This document shows, one piece after another, positions 29,724 to 40,549 of a DNA stretch of 64,000 nucleotides (positions are counted from its first letter, which is position 1; each line of letters opens with the position of its first letter). The position numbers and the translations under genes are program-made. The notes below the pieces were generated by a model that searched no databases, was not told the DNA's origin, and worked only from the letters and a program-made list of their open reading frames with translations. The stretch is from an archaeon (lineage in GTDB: Archaea; Nanobdellota; Nanobdellia; Woesearchaeales; GW2011-AR9). The stretch spans positions 14,262 to 78,261 of the forward strand of contig JAUYKZ010000023.1 of the NCBI GenBank assembly GCA_030704845.1, written 5' to 3'.

Positions 29724-30330
29724 GGTTGTTGATATATATCTCGCTGGCTCCACCGCGGATATCCTTCAAGCTGATTCTCATTCGTTCGATTCTGTTTTCA
29801 ATAGTTTCTAATGACGATTTAAGGTGACATTTTCTTGCAATATCTCGATGATATAATGCTTTATAATTACTCATCTCTTTTGAACATTTGAACCAATATT
29901 TTGTCGCTTCACCGAGAGAATTTTGTAATTCTCTTATTCTCCGATCATGGATTGTTCCTTTCCTAGAAACAATTTCTAATAATTTACTTGCGTACGGTTC
30001 TTCACCAAAATGAGGAACAGTAATTGTAGCTAAAGTATCTAATAAAACGAGAAGTCTTTCAACTTCTGCTTCACGTTGTCTTGTATCTGGACGGCTTATT
30101 GCATATCCTACTTTATTATTAAGAAACTGCCTAAGTTCTGAGGCATCTTTGGGACTGTTTATAGCAATTCCTGGAATCGTGTAATCTAATATGGCTCTTT
30201 CACAGACACCATACCAATCTTCGGGGATGTAATATTTTCTCTCTTTTTCAAAATGTCTTGCTTCAACGAAAATTTCGTCTTCTATAATTTCTTCTACAGA
30301 ATTTCCAGGTATAACCATTGGCGGCATCAT
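29716..30330 (-). CDS. hypothetical protein
   Basis: ORF only. Confidence 0.3.
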   Translation of the reverse strand: MMPPMVIPGNSVEEIIEDEIFVEARHFEKERKYYIPEDWYGVCERAILDYTIPGIAINSPKDASELRQFLNNKVGYAISRPDTRQREAEVERLLVLLDTLATITVPHFGEEPYASKLLEIVSRKGTIHDRRIRELQNSLGEATKYWFKCSKEMSNYKALYHRDIARKCHLKSSLETIENRIERMRISLKDIRGGASEIYINNPK

Positions 30331-30358
30331 TATTCAGGCTATAAATTAAGATCTATTT

Positions 30359-30601
30359 TTAAGATTTCTGGATAATTTGTACAATTCTTACTATTGCTGC
30401 AATTGTCCAAATACCATTAAGAATGAAAAACGGCCAGGATACGAGAATATACGCATAATATGACAGAAGAAATGCACCGACAACATTTATTAAATTATAA
30501 CTTAGTGTATCCTTATCAATCTTTGTAAATTCACTAATTATGAAGCCAACCAAAATAAAAACAATACCGCTAATACCAATTAATAAAGTATAATCTATCA
30601 T
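30359..30601 (-). CDS. small membrane protein
   Basis: Two hydrophobic helices. Confidence 0.3.
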   Translation of the reverse strand: MIDYTLLIGISGIVFILVGFIISEFTKIDKDTLSYNLINVVGAFLLSYYAYILVSWPFFILNGIWTIAAIVRIVQIIQKS

Positions 30602-31188
30602 CTTTTCACCTTTTTTTGAGTTTTAACTAATTTAATAAATTCTTGTCCTAGTGCATGAACCAATCTTCTTTGTTTTTCGGAAGTTTCAAGAAGAGTAGTT
30701 AGATGTTTCTTATGGGAGAGTTCCATAAACTGCAATGAATTTTCTAAGGATAATTCTTTTTCAAGAAGACCATTTACTACTTCATATTTTTTGAATAACA
30801 TCCTCATGCCAGTTTGAGATATTTTTACTTCATTGATAATATTTTTCATACTTAATACATCGTCATTGAGTAAACGATTAGTTATTTGTTTTGATTTGCT
30901 AGCGTCATCTCTGAAAATAGTTAATTTTAAATCTACTAAATATCTTGAATAATAATGAAGTTTCTCGTTAATAATCTGAGACGCATGGATTGAAGGAATA
31001 ATATCTTGAAGATCTTTCAGATGATTATTTATTTCAGTTTTAGTTTTATCTGATAAATTCTGTAAAAAAGGAAGATGTTTGTTTGTATTAGCTCGAATTG
31101 GTTTAATCCAACTATTTTGGAATTCTTTAAGATTTTCTTGAACATTTTGAAGAGATCTAATCTCTTGCTTTGCATCTCTTAAATTCAT
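30598..31188 (-). CDS. hypothetical protein (helical)
   Basis: ORF. Overlaps the downstream gene by 4 nt. Confidence 0.3.
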   Translation of the reverse strand: MNLRDAKQEIRSLQNVQENLKEFQNSWIKPIRANTNKHLPFLQNLSDKTKTEINNHLKDLQDIIPSIHASQIINEKLHYYSRYLVDLKLTIFRDDASKSKQITNRLLNDDVLSMKNIINEVKISQTGMRMLFKKYEVVNGLLEKELSLENSLQFMELSHKKHLTTLLETSEKQRRLVHALGQEFIKLVKTQKKVKR

Positions 31189-31301
31189 GACTGGAACAAC
31201 GGGAAATTCGTTTATAAAGGTTTGTGTTGTTTATAATTAAGCAAACTTTATATATCATCACTTCTCCCAGCTTATAAAACGAACTAAAAGGTGGTTAACT
31301 C

Positions 31302-31709
31302 ATGGCAATCGTTAAAATAAATTTACATAGAGTCTTAGCTGAAAGAAATCTTGATGCTAAAGGTGGACAAGTAAACGTAAATAATAATGTTTCTATTAAA
31401 GATATTGAAGATATTGACTTCTCAGTACCCGGAAAAAAAGGCCTAAAATTCAATTTTGCATTCCATTGCAATTATAAACCTGATCTTGGAAAAATAGAAG
31501 TTGAAGGGCAAGTTCTTTATGTTGGGGAAGAAAGTAAAATTGATGAAGTTAAGAAAGGATGGGATACAAATAAACAAATTCCTCGTGATGTAACTGAAGA
31601 AATAATCAATGCAGCTCTTCATAAAGGAAACGTACAGGCAATTAAAGTTAGTGAAGAAGTAAATTTGCCTAGCCCATTACCGTTGCCTAAAGTTAGACAA
31701 GGTGAATAA
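31302..31709 (+). CDS. hypothetical protein
   Basis: ORF only. Confidence 0.3.
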   Translation: MAIVKINLHRVLAERNLDAKGGQVNVNNNVSIKDIEDIDFSVPGKKGLKFNFAFHCNYKPDLGKIEVEGQVLYVGEESKIDEVKKGWDTNKQIPRDVTEEIINAALHKGNVQAIKVSEEVNLPSPLPLPKVRQGE

Positions 31710-31759
31710 ATTTTTCCTTTTTTTAAAACCTTTTTTTTAATGTTTCTTATACCATAATC

Positions 31760-31769
31760 TTTATATAAA
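31760..31769 (+). promoter_or_regulatory. putative TATA box (tttatataaa) about 26 nt upstream of the CDC48 ATG
   Basis: Read directly. An A-rich BRE-like tract lies upstream. Confidence 0.35.
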
Positions 31770-31789
31770 TGCTCATCTAAAAAATCCTT

Positions 31790-34717
31790 ATGATTCCGGC
31801 CGAAATAAGACTAAAAGTCATGGAAGCTGTACAAGACGATGTTAACAAAGGAATCGTTAAAATGGATTCTAATTATATGCGCCAGATTGAAGTTAATCCG
31901 GGCGATATTGTAGAAGTTGAAGGAGAACGTAAAACGGCTGCAATCGTTGACAGGGCTTATCCGGGAGATATTGGTCTTAACATTCTAAGGATGGATGGAA
32001 ATATCCGTAAAAACGCTAGAACCTCTATTGGAGAGCTAGTTAAAGTAAGGAAAGCTAAAGTTAAACCGGCACAAAAAGTTTCTATTGCTCCAATGAATAA
32101 AGGGGTTGTCATAAAAGCGTCTCCTCACATCTTTAAACATGGTCTACTTGGGAAAGCTGTAGTGAAAGGAGATATTGTATCCTTAGGTGGTGTAAGAAAA
32201 AGAGATTCATTCCAACACGGGGATATGAATAATATTCTTTCAATCATGGAAAACCAATTTGCTAGTTTCGGATTTGGCGATTTAAAATTTATTGTAACTG
32301 ATTCTAATCCTAAAAAGGAAATTGTAATTATTACTCAAGATACAGAAGTAGAATTTAATCCGCATCCAGTTGAGGTAAATGAAGATGAAGGATTAAAATT
32401 AGGTATTAATTATGAAGATATCGGTGGTTTAAGCGATGAAATAAAAAAAGTAAGAGAGATGGTTGAATTACCATTAAATCATCCCGAAGTCTTTGAACGT
32501 CTTGGAATCGAACCGCCAAAAGGAGTTCTTCTTCATGGCCCACCCGGTACTGGTAAAACCTTACTTGCAAAAGCGGTAGCATCAGAAACAAATTCTCATT
32601 TCATACTTATCAATGGTCCAGAAATTATGAGTAAGTTCTATGGAGAAAGTGAGCAAAATTTAAGGAAGAAATTTGAAGAGGCCGAACAAAATGCTCCTTC
32701 AATAATTTTCTTTGATGAAATTGATGCGATAGCTACAAAACGTGAAGAAACTAAAGGTGATGTTGAAAAAAGAGTTGTAGCTCAGCTTCTCGGATTAATG
32801 GATGGTCTAAAAAATAGAGGGAAGGTTATCGTAATTGCTGCAACAAATATTCCTAATCAACTTGATCCGGCTCTTCGTCGTCCGGGAAGATTTGATCGAG
32901 AGATAGAGATTGGTGTTCCTGATAAAAATGGAAGATTAGAAATTTTAAAGATTCACACGAGGAATATGCCGTTGTTGGGTTCTCTTTATGGAGATATATT
33001 AATCAAAGAGATTCCTAATAGTCTGAAGAGAAAAAAGATTAATTTAGATAATCAACTTAATGATAATCAGATAAAAGTAACAGCAGCCATGGAGAAAATT
33101 GAAAAAATTAAAATTAAAAAAAGAAGTAAAGAAGAAGAACTTAAAAATTCAGAAAATGAGCTTAAAAATTTAAAATGTGAATTTGAAGATTTAAATAACA
33201 AAAAAGATAAAGCTGATGAGAATCTAATGTATAAAATTCTAGAGAAAATAAACGGACTAAATAGAAATATCCAAGAAAAAATAACAAAAATAAGCCAAGT
33301 AATTGAAGAAATAGAAATAATACATCTAGAATTAACTAAATATTCAGAAGAGATTGTTAATTTAAATTTATTAATTGAAGAATTTGAAAAAGAAAAAGAG
33401 AATATTAAATATATTCAGAAGGAATTAGGTAGTTCTATTGTAACATTACATAATCTTGCGGAAGAATTAAAAATTATTGATGATGCTAAACATCAACATT
33501 CTATCAAGGATCCCGCATATCACATTTTTGATAACAGGGCGAGTTCTTATTATACACAATTAGATAAACTTGATTTAGTTAAAGATATAATTGAGAAAGC
33601 AAGAAGAGCAGGTATACCCAGAGATCAGTTTGAAATAGCCAAAATTACTCATGGGTTTGTCGGTGCAGACTTAAGTGCTTTAGCTAAAGAAGCAGCGATG
33701 ATTGTCTTACGAAGAATTCTTCCAGAGTTAAAAGTTGAAGGTATCGGCGAAGATGTTCCAATTCCGAAAGAAATTCTTGAAAAGATTATAATTACTCAAA
33801 AAGATTTCCTTGAATCATTAAAAATGGTTCGTCCAAGTGCAATGAGGGAAGTTTTTGTTGAAACTCCTGATGTTTCGTGGAATGATATCGGCGGTCTTGA
33901 TGATGTTAAAGAAAAATTAAAAGAAGCAGTTGAATGGCCGTTAAAAAAACCAGAAGTCTTTAAACGGATGGGTATCCGTCCTCCGCGTGGAATTTTGTTA
34001 TATGGTCCACCTGGAACGGGTAAAACATTACTCGCGAAAGCTGTCGCCAAGGAAAGCGAAGCAAATTTCATTCTAATCAATGGTCCAAGTTTACTAAGTA
34101 AATGGGTTGGCGAATCTGAGAAAGCTGTCAGAAAAATTTTTCAGAAAGCTCGACAAACAGCTCCGACCATTCTATTCTTTGACGAAATTGATGCGTTGGT
34201 TCCTAGAAGGGGCCCAAGTAGTGATTCTAGAGCGAATGAGAAGGTTGTTAATCAAATGTTAACTGAGATGGACGGTCTAGAAACATTGAATGATGTTGTT
34301 GTAATTGCTGCAACAAATAGACCGGATATCGTTGATCCAGCTTTGTTACGACAAGGAAGATTTGATCGAATAATTTATACTCATGCTCCTAATGAAGAAA
34401 CAAGGAAACAAATTTTTGAGATATACGTTGGAAAAATGCCAATTAGCGAAGATGTTGATGTGGCTGTACTTGCAGCAAGAACTGAAGGATATGTTGGAGC
34501 TGATATCGAAGGTGTTTGCAGAGAAGCAGCAATGATTGCTTTACGTAGAAGTATGTCTGCAAAAAAAGTCTCCATGGACGATTTTGAAGAAGCATTAGAT
34601 GTTGTTCACGCGTCTGTTGATGATGAAACTATTAAGACGTATGAAGATATGGATAAGTATTTCTCAACTGCAAGATCTAGAGAAATTAAAGAAGAAAAAG
34701 CAAGTTATGTTGGGTAG
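31790..34717 (+). CDS. cdc48: CDC48/VCP-like AAA+ ATPase with a coiled-coil insertion of about 220 aa in D1
   Basis: N-domain, then two Walker A boxes ([15 protein letters not shown] twice) with DEID Walker B motifs and arginine fingers. Between [12 protein letters not shown] and [10 protein letters not shown] (about 32975-33643) lies a K/E/N/I-rich coiled-coil segment that typical CDC48 proteins lack. TAG stop. Confidence 0.8.
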   Translation: MIPAEIRLKVMEAVQDDVNKGIVKMDSNYMRQIEVNPGDIVEVEGERKTAAIVDRAYPGDIGLNILRMDGNIRKNARTSIGELVKVRKAKVKPAQKVSIAPMNKGVVIKASPHIFKHGLLGKAVVKGDIVSLGGVRKRDSFQHGDMNNILSIMENQFASFGFGDLKFIVTDSNPKKEIVIITQDTEVEFNPHPVEVNEDEGLKLGINYEDIGGLSDEIKKVREMVELPLNHPEVFERLGIEPPKGVLLHGPPGTGKTLLAKAVASETNSHFILINGPEIMSKFYGESEQNLRKKFEEAEQNAPSIIFFDEIDAIATKREETKGDVEKRVVAQLLGLMDGLKNRGKVIVIAATNIPNQLDPALRRPGRFDREIEIGVPDKNGRLEILKIHTRNMPLLGSLYGDILIKEIPNSLKRKKINLDNQLNDNQIKVTAAMEKIEKIKIKKRSKEEELKNSENELKNLKCEFEDLNNKKDKADENLMYKILEKINGLNRNIQEKITKISQVIEEIEIIHLELTKYSEEIVNLNLLIEEFEKEKENIKYIQKELGSSIVTLHNLAEELKIIDDAKHQHSIKDPAYHIFDNRASSYYTQLDKLDLVKDIIEKARRAGIPRDQFEIAKITHGFVGADLSALAKEAAMIVLRRILPELKVEGIGEDVPIPKEILEKIIITQKDFLESLKMVRPSAMREVFVETPDVSWNDIGGLDDVKEKLKEAVEWPLKKPEVFKRMGIRPPRGILLYGPPGTGKTLLAKAVAKESEANFILINGPSLLSKWVGESEKAVRKIFQKARQTAPTILFFDEIDALVPRRGPSSDSRANEKVVNQMLTEMDGLETLNDVVVIAATNRPDIVDPALLRQGRFDRIIYTHAPNEETRKQIFEIYVGKMPISEDVDVAVLAARTEGYVGADIEGVCREAAMIALRRSMSAKKVSMDDFEEALDVVHASVDDETIKTYEDMDKYFSTARSREIKEEKASYVG

Positions 34718-34755
34718 AAGATTAAATATATTGACCTTTTTTAAATCGTTATAAT

Positions 34756-35283
34756 TTAACCCATATGTTCAATAGATTTATTGTTAAATTTGATCTTTTT
34801 ACCATAAAGAGCTATTCCATGGTTAAAATATTTCTTACCTTGAATATCAACATCATGCCAACGTTCAGCTAATTCTTTATATGTTAAATAAGCCAATTTA
34901 AATGATGAGGGGTCATCAAAATAGATTTTATTTTTATCATATCCGACTGCTACGGCGTAATGCCCATCTGCCCAATCATTTTTCCAATCAACTCGGTTTT
35001 TATTCGTCCAAGCTTGTAGTAATAAGATAATTGGGATTTTTTTATCGAGATATTTTTTAATTTCTAGAATATCCATACTTCTCGAGACCGATTTTAAACC
35101 ATATTTCTTAGCTGTTTTAAGAATTCCAGGAATTGGCGTTCCTTTTTTTGTAGTCCCAACGCTTTTCATAAGAATGTCTTCCCTAACTTCAATTCCATAA
35201 TAAACAAGGACTGATTCGAGAGCGATTGCACCACAATCAAAATTAAAGGTTTGCCGTAATCCTGGCAATTCAAGTAGCTTCAT
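34756..35283 (-). CDS. C39-like papain-fold cysteine peptidase domain protein
   Basis: QTFNFDCGAIALESVLVYYG catalytic-Cys motif and a downstream GHYAVAVGYD His motif. Confidence 0.45.
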   Translation of the reverse strand: MKLLELPGLRQTFNFDCGAIALESVLVYYGIEVREDILMKSVGTTKKGTPIPGILKTAKKYGLKSVSRSMDILEIKKYLDKKIPIILLLQAWTNKNRVDWKNDWADGHYAVAVGYDKNKIYFDDPSSFKLAYLTYKELAERWHDVDIQGKKYFNHGIALYGKKIKFNNKSIEHMG

Positions 35284-35327
35284 ATAGTAAGGGAAATAAA
35301 AAACGGATATAAATCTTTCGAAGAGGC

Positions 35328-36569
35328 TTATACAAAAATATGTTTCAAATGATGTTTTCGTTTAATTTTTATCTCGGGAGTATACTTTTCTAGAACCAAT
35401 TGTTTACTTCTGATACCTTTCTTCTTGAAAATGAATTCTTGTACGCGCATATTATCGAATAAATAGTACTTATAATGGGTATTACTTAAATCTTCAACGA
35501 AATGTATGCCTCCTTTTACTTTATCAAAGAGAATTGTAAAAATGGCAGCAAATATCCCGATGGCCACTTGAGTATAAGTTGCATTTGTTCCAATGATCCC
35601 AATATTAGGAATAGTATTGAAATAGTAAATTCTTCTATTTGAATATTCTAAATAAACTCCGATACTATCTGATCCTTCCAGAATTTCTTGTCTATTATCA
35701 CTGAGAACTAAATCTTTTAGACCTATTTTCTGTTTGTTTTCATATAAATTAATCAAACGATTCATGGTTTTAATATTTACTGCATAGATAAACTGTGAAG
35801 GGATGTTATATTTTTGGGCGAGAGTTACATTCTCTTCATGAAGAACAGTAAATCCTTCAGGGTATTTCTCTAATTTAAGGAACGGTTTAAGAAACGATTC
35901 CATGTTGACTCTATTCTCTAAAGCATTTGGATATAATGGTTTAACTTGATCTCGTCCAAGCATTTTACCGGATGGATCACGAACACATTCAACGAGATAT
36001 TCTTGCCTTGACCAAGTCATCATAGGTTTCCAACCACTACAAATCACTGATGTATCATATTCAAAATGAACAATCTCTTTTGGCACGCCAAACTTTTCAA
36101 TTCCATGTTGAACCCACATATTGACAACCCCCGGATTCATTCCAGTACAAAGAATGTGTGGAGCTTTATTTAATTTATTTTTACGTTTAAGAACATTAAA
36201 TATCAACTCGGTAACGTTCATCTTGGTATCGTTCATTGCCGTATTAATGTAAGAAACTCTTGCTTTGTTTGTAGCTTCAATGATTGGTATTGTATTCATA
36301 TCGGTAATATCTAAAACTATGCTGATTTTGTATTTTTTAAGAAGATTAAGATATTCTTTTTCTTTCTCTGGCAGTTTGATCTCTTTTTTAACGAAAGTAT
36401 ATCTTAATTCTTTATGGTTAATGTATTGATCCGATAGAACTTGTTTATTTTTATCAACTAGAATTAATTTATTGAATAAATCTCTGTGATGAACTAATGA
36501 ATGTAAAAATGCATTAGCAACTCCCCCAGATGCACCAATAACTAATAAATTTGGTTTTGTCATACTCAA
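35328..36569 (-). CDS. saccharopine dehydrogenase-fold NAD(P) enzyme, homospermidine synthase-like
   Basis: LLVIGASGGVANAF Rossmann start. ILCTGMNPGVVNMWV resembles the CGANPGxVS motif of bacterial homospermidine synthase and carboxynorspermidine dehydrogenase. Confidence 0.4.
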   Translation of the reverse strand: MSMTKPNLLVIGASGGVANAFLHSLVHHRDLFNKLILVDKNKQVLSDQYINHKELRYTFVKKEIKLPEKEKEYLNLLKKYKISIVLDITDMNTIPIIEATNKARVSYINTAMNDTKMNVTELIFNVLKRKNKLNKAPHILCTGMNPGVVNMWVQHGIEKFGVPKEIVHFEYDTSVICSGWKPMMTWSRQEYLVECVRDPSGKMLGRDQVKPLYPNALENRVNMESFLKPFLKLEKYPEGFTVLHEENVTLAQKYNIPSQFIYAVNIKTMNRLINLYENKQKIGLKDLVLSDNRQEILEGSDSIGVYLEYSNRRIYYFNTIPNIGIIGTNATYTQVAIGIFAAIFTILFDKVKGGIHFVEDLSNTHYKYYLFDNMRVQEFIFKKKGIRSKQLVLEKYTPEIKIKRKHHLKHIFV

Positions 36570-36621
36570 CTCTTTTTTTAATTATTGATAAAGAATAAAT
36601 TCAATTATTTAAAGGTTATTA

Positions 36622-39258
36622 TTAAACGGTATCCGGAATTTCTTTCTTCAACCATCTTTCTATCAGTAAATAAACAATATATAATATCGCACAAGCAAGA
36701 AGCATTATTCCCCAATCAATTAAAGCAAGAGCTTCTGTTTTGAATATTTTACTTAATGGAGTATAAATAACACTTAATTGTAATAATAAAGATCCAACTA
36801 CAGCCGCTATCAACCATTTATTACTAAAAATACTTAAGCCATAATCTTTTCTAATTGTGTGAATTCTAACCATTTCAAATAAAACCAAAGTAGTGAAAGC
36901 AATCGTTTGAGCTTTAGCTGGAGTAGACCCTTGGTATAACCAGAAGAGAATGATAACTCCTACACCCATCAGTAAACCGTATGCAATGATGTCCCAACGA
37001 AGTTCTCTTGATAAGATGCTTTCTCTCGGTGGACGAGGTTTTCTCATCATGATTCCTTTTGAATGCGGATCTAGACCAAGAGCCGTAGCAGGAAGACCAT
37101 CGGTAACTAAATTAACCCACAGAATCTGAATTGCTGTTAGAGGTAAAGGTAATCCGATTAAAGATGCAAATAAAATCACAGCAATTTCTCCAAGATTACT
37201 TGAAAGAAGATAATTTACAAATTTACGAATGTTATCAAAGATTCCTCTTCCTTCTTCGATTGCATTAACGATTGAAGTGAAATTATCATCAGTAAGAATC
37301 ATGTCTGAAGCTTCCTTGGCAACATCTGTTCCAGTTATACCCATAGAAACACCAATATCAGCTTTCTTTAACGCAGGTGCATCATTAACGCCGTCACCGG
37401 TCATGGCAACTATATGTCCATTTTTCTGTAATGCATCAACGATATCTAATTTATGTTCGGGATTTACTCTGGCAAAAATATTGATATCTTTGATATCTTT
37501 CTCTAAATTTAATTTTTCAATGTCGACTCCCGAAACAGCTCTTCCGAAAATTCCCAATTCTTTAGCGATAGCTTGAGCGGTGATAAGATGATCACCAGTA
37601 ATCATGATTACTCTGATTCCTGCATCTTGACATCTTTTTATTGAATCTTTAACTTCTTCCCGAGGCGGATCAATCATCGCTTGTAATCCTACAAAAATCA
37701 TTCCTTTTTCTGCATCTTCCGTTTTTTTGAATCCTTCGTTATATGCAAACCCTAACACTCTAAGAGCTTTTTTTGCAAACATTTCATTCTGGGCAAGAAT
37801 TTCTTTTTTCTTACCTCGATCTAAACGCACAACTTTTCCACTAATCAATATTTGATCACAAAGATCAATTACAATATCTGGTGCTCCTTTAGTGTAAGAT
37901 AATTTTTTCTTTCCTTGATGAATTGTAGTCATCATTTTTCTTTCAGAAGTGAAAGCTATTTCATCAATTCTTTTTTCTTGACCTAAAAGATCTTTTTGGA
38001 TAAATCCAGCTTTCTCTGCCGAAACTATCAGAGCTGCTTCGGTAGGATCTCCAATAACTTCTCTTTCACCTTTTCCAGCCGATTGAAATTTAGCGTCATT
38101 ACATAATGAACCTATTTTTAACAGTAAATGTAACGGATTAGGATTAGCGAGTTTATTGTTAACCAGAAATTTACCTTCTGGTGAATATCCCGATCCGGTT
38201 ACTTTATAGATATTATTATCTGCCCAAATCTCTTGAACAGTCATTTGATCGTGAGTTAAAGTGCCGGTTTTATCAGTACAAATTACATTCACGCTACCTA
38301 ATGTTTCAACTGAAGGAAGTTTTCTAACTAGAGAATTCTTTTTTGCCATTCTCTGGACACCGATAGATAAAGCAATAGTTATTACAGCCGGTAATCCTTC
38401 TGGAATAGCGGCTACAGCTAAAGCAATTGCAGTAAGTAATGTTTCAGAGAAACTATCTCCGGCAAGAAGTCTTACAATAAATACCACAACAGCAACAGCA
38501 ACTACGGCAATTGTAAGATATTTACCTAAATCACGTAACTTTTGTTGTAACGGTGTTAATTGCTGCTGACTTTGGGTTATTAATGTAGCAATTTTTCCAA
38601 TTTCACTTTGCATACCTGTTCCGGTAACAACGGCTGTTGCTCTACCTTGGGTAACTATCGTTGATGAAAAGACCATACTTTTACGGTCTCCTAACGCTGT
38701 TTTTTTTGCAGACAATTCTAAGTTTTTACGTACCGGTTGAGATTCGCCAGTTAAGGAACCTTCTTGAGTTTGCAAATTATGGATTTCAATAAGTCTTGCA
38801 TCAGCTGGAACTCTATCTCCGGTTTCTAAGAAAACGATGTCTCCCGGAACAAGGTATCTACTTTCAATTTTAATTTCTCTTCCATCTCTCAGAACTTTTG
38901 CTTTCTGGGAAGTCATTCTTTGAAGGGCTTCAATGGCTTTCTCGGCTCGATATTCTTGTGAGAATCCCAGAATTGCATTGACAATGATTATAACGCCAAT
39001 AACTGATGCATCGATATATTCACTTAAAGCAATTGATATACCTAAGGCTACTATTAAAATCCAAACTAATGGACTTGAGAATTGACTAAATAGAATTTTT
39101 AACGGACCGATACCTTCTTCACGTTTAATCTCATTTAAGCCATATTTATGAAGTCTTTCTTCAGCTTCATGGCCGGATAAACCTTTTGTTGAAGTCTTTA
39201 ATTGTTTTAGAATATCATCTGCAGAAAGCGTATATAATAGTGAATCCTCTTTTGTCAT
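36622..39258 (-). CDS. P-type cation-transporting ATPase (type II, Ca2+-ATPase-like)
   Basis: CTDKTGTLT phosphorylation motif, TGDHLITA, GDGVNDAPALKKADIGV hinge, and about 10 TM helices. Confidence 0.85.
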   Translation of the reverse strand: MTKEDSLLYTLSADDILKQLKTSTKGLSGHEAEERLHKYGLNEIKREEGIGPLKILFSQFSSPLVWILIVALGISIALSEYIDASVIGVIIIVNAILGFSQEYRAEKAIEALQRMTSQKAKVLRDGREIKIESRYLVPGDIVFLETGDRVPADARLIEIHNLQTQEGSLTGESQPVRKNLELSAKKTALGDRKSMVFSSTIVTQGRATAVVTGTGMQSEIGKIATLITQSQQQLTPLQQKLRDLGKYLTIAVVAVAVVVFIVRLLAGDSFSETLLTAIALAVAAIPEGLPAVITIALSIGVQRMAKKNSLVRKLPSVETLGSVNVICTDKTGTLTHDQMTVQEIWADNNIYKVTGSGYSPEGKFLVNNKLANPNPLHLLLKIGSLCNDAKFQSAGKGEREVIGDPTEAALIVSAEKAGFIQKDLLGQEKRIDEIAFTSERKMMTTIHQGKKKLSYTKGAPDIVIDLCDQILISGKVVRLDRGKKKEILAQNEMFAKKALRVLGFAYNEGFKKTEDAEKGMIFVGLQAMIDPPREEVKDSIKRCQDAGIRVIMITGDHLITAQAIAKELGIFGRAVSGVDIEKLNLEKDIKDINIFARVNPEHKLDIVDALQKNGHIVAMTGDGVNDAPALKKADIGVSMGITGTDVAKEASDMILTDDNFTSIVNAIEEGRGIFDNIRKFVNYLLSSNLGEIAVILFASLIGLPLPLTAIQILWVNLVTDGLPATALGLDPHSKGIMMRKPRPPRESILSRELRWDIIAYGLLMGVGVIILFWLYQGSTPAKAQTIAFTTLVLFEMVRIHTIRKDYGLSIFSNKWLIAAVVGSLLLQLSVIYTPLSKIFKTEALALIDWGIMLLACAILYIVYLLIERWLKKEIPDTV

Positions 39259-39344
39259 GTACTTCTCTCTATTTGGGAAGGGGCGGGATTATAAAAAGGT
39301 TTGGTTGGATAAGGTTTTTATAGAATACCCTATTTCTAAATAAT

Positions 39345-39608
39345 ATGGACTTATACCAAAAAGTGGAAGAGTATTTTGTAAGTAGAGCTGAAGAAGCTCC
39401 TGACCAAGGAAGTCCAGAATATTTTAGAGCAGCGTTCAATGTTGCTTTAGAAGCTGGAATATCTATTGATGAATTGGCTATTAAAGTTGATGTAGCAAGA
39501 CCTACAATAGAAAGATGGCGCGATGGTAAAACATATCCTCAAGGGTTATTTCGACCTTCGATTCTAGAACAATTAGCTATTCATCCAAGATTATCTAGAA
39601 TGGAATGA
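39345..39608 (+). CDS. small helix-turn-helix protein
   Basis: RPTIERWRDGKTYP HTH-like segment. Confidence 0.25.
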   Translation: MDLYQKVEEYFVSRAEEAPDQGSPEYFRAAFNVALEAGISIDELAIKVDVARPTIERWRDGKTYPQGLFRPSILEQLAIHPRLSRME

Positions 39609-40546
39609 GCATCGGCGGTTCTTAGATATTCACTAATTTCTTTATTTTCTTTATTTAACAAGAATTTCATCATAAGAGATTTTTTTTCTTGATTACTTAC
39701 TCTAGCTATTCTATCAACTAGAATTAAACCGTAAGGGTATCCCAAGAATAAAGCATCATTACTATTGTTTATCAGTGAGGGAAGAATTTCTTCGTTACCT
39801 TCAAACCTAAATACATGTTTGGCTTGCGAATGTAATTTAACGAAAGACGTTTTATCATTTATCTTATACTTCCAGCAATTTTCTGGACCTAATTTGTTTA
39901 ACAGAACTACTGGAGAATTTCCAGAAGTTGTGAACAGTGAGGATGATTTAGCTAAAGCCCCGGCTAAATTTGTTAATTGTGCTAGATATTTTTCTTCATT
40001 CTTGTATGTTGATTCAAGAATTCCATCTAGAAGAACAGTGGAATATTTAGATGCCAATTTTATTTCAGCAAACCTTCTGGCCATTGAAGCTATCTTAGTT
40101 ATTGAAGCTCTTTCATTGCCGGTTTTAATAGAATTATCATTGGATGAAATGTAAAGATCTTCCTCATCGACCAATTTTTCAGTTAAAGGAAATATTTTTG
40201 AAGAGTAATATAAATCATCATTTTTCCATTCGGCTTTCGTGAATAGATAGAACTCATGTTTTTCGATACTTTTTTCAGGGAATGTAACTGCGGCAATTCT
40301 GATAAAAGATAGACAAAAGTTTCCTGAGGAAAGAATTTCTGCGTTTCCACCATCAATGAAAGTTATTTTCTGGTTACTGGGTAGAATTTGTAGAAAGTTA
40401 TTCTCTTTGATGGGGTATGTTGAATTGTTAAGGATAAGTGCATCTTCTTTAGTAAAATTAGAGAGAACTTTCTTTATTTCTGAAGAAATTTCTTGAATCA
40501 TTACTTTGGGAGGTAATGATTTTATTAATAATGATTTAGGTTGCAT
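39581..40546 (-). CDS. hypothetical protein (possible RNase-H-like/NurA-like fold)
   Basis: ITFIDGGNAEIL and VLLDGIL segments are reminiscent of NurA. Speculative. Confidence 0.25.
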   Translation of the reverse strand: MQPKSLLIKSLPPKVMIQEISSEIKKVLSNFTKEDALILNNSTYPIKENNFLQILPSNQKITFIDGGNAEILSSGNFCLSFIRIAAVTFPEKSIEKHEFYLFTKAEWKNDDLYYSSKIFPLTEKLVDEEDLYISSNDNSIKTGNERASITKIASMARRFAEIKLASKYSTVLLDGILESTYKNEEKYLAQLTNLAGALAKSSSLFTTSGNSPVVLLNKLGPENCWKYKINDKTSFVKLHSQAKHVFRFEGNEEILPSLINNSNDALFLGYPYGLILVDRIARVSNQEKKSLMMKFLLNKENKEISEYLRTADAHSILDNLG

Positions 40547-40549
40547 AGT

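Noticed and set aside
37229-38569. Antisense ORFs (115 and 102 aa) inside the P-type ATPase gene, and similar antisense ORFs inside the RNR, CDC48 and secreted-protein genes
   Set aside because: They are embedded opposite long well-supported genes and have biased, low-complexity composition.
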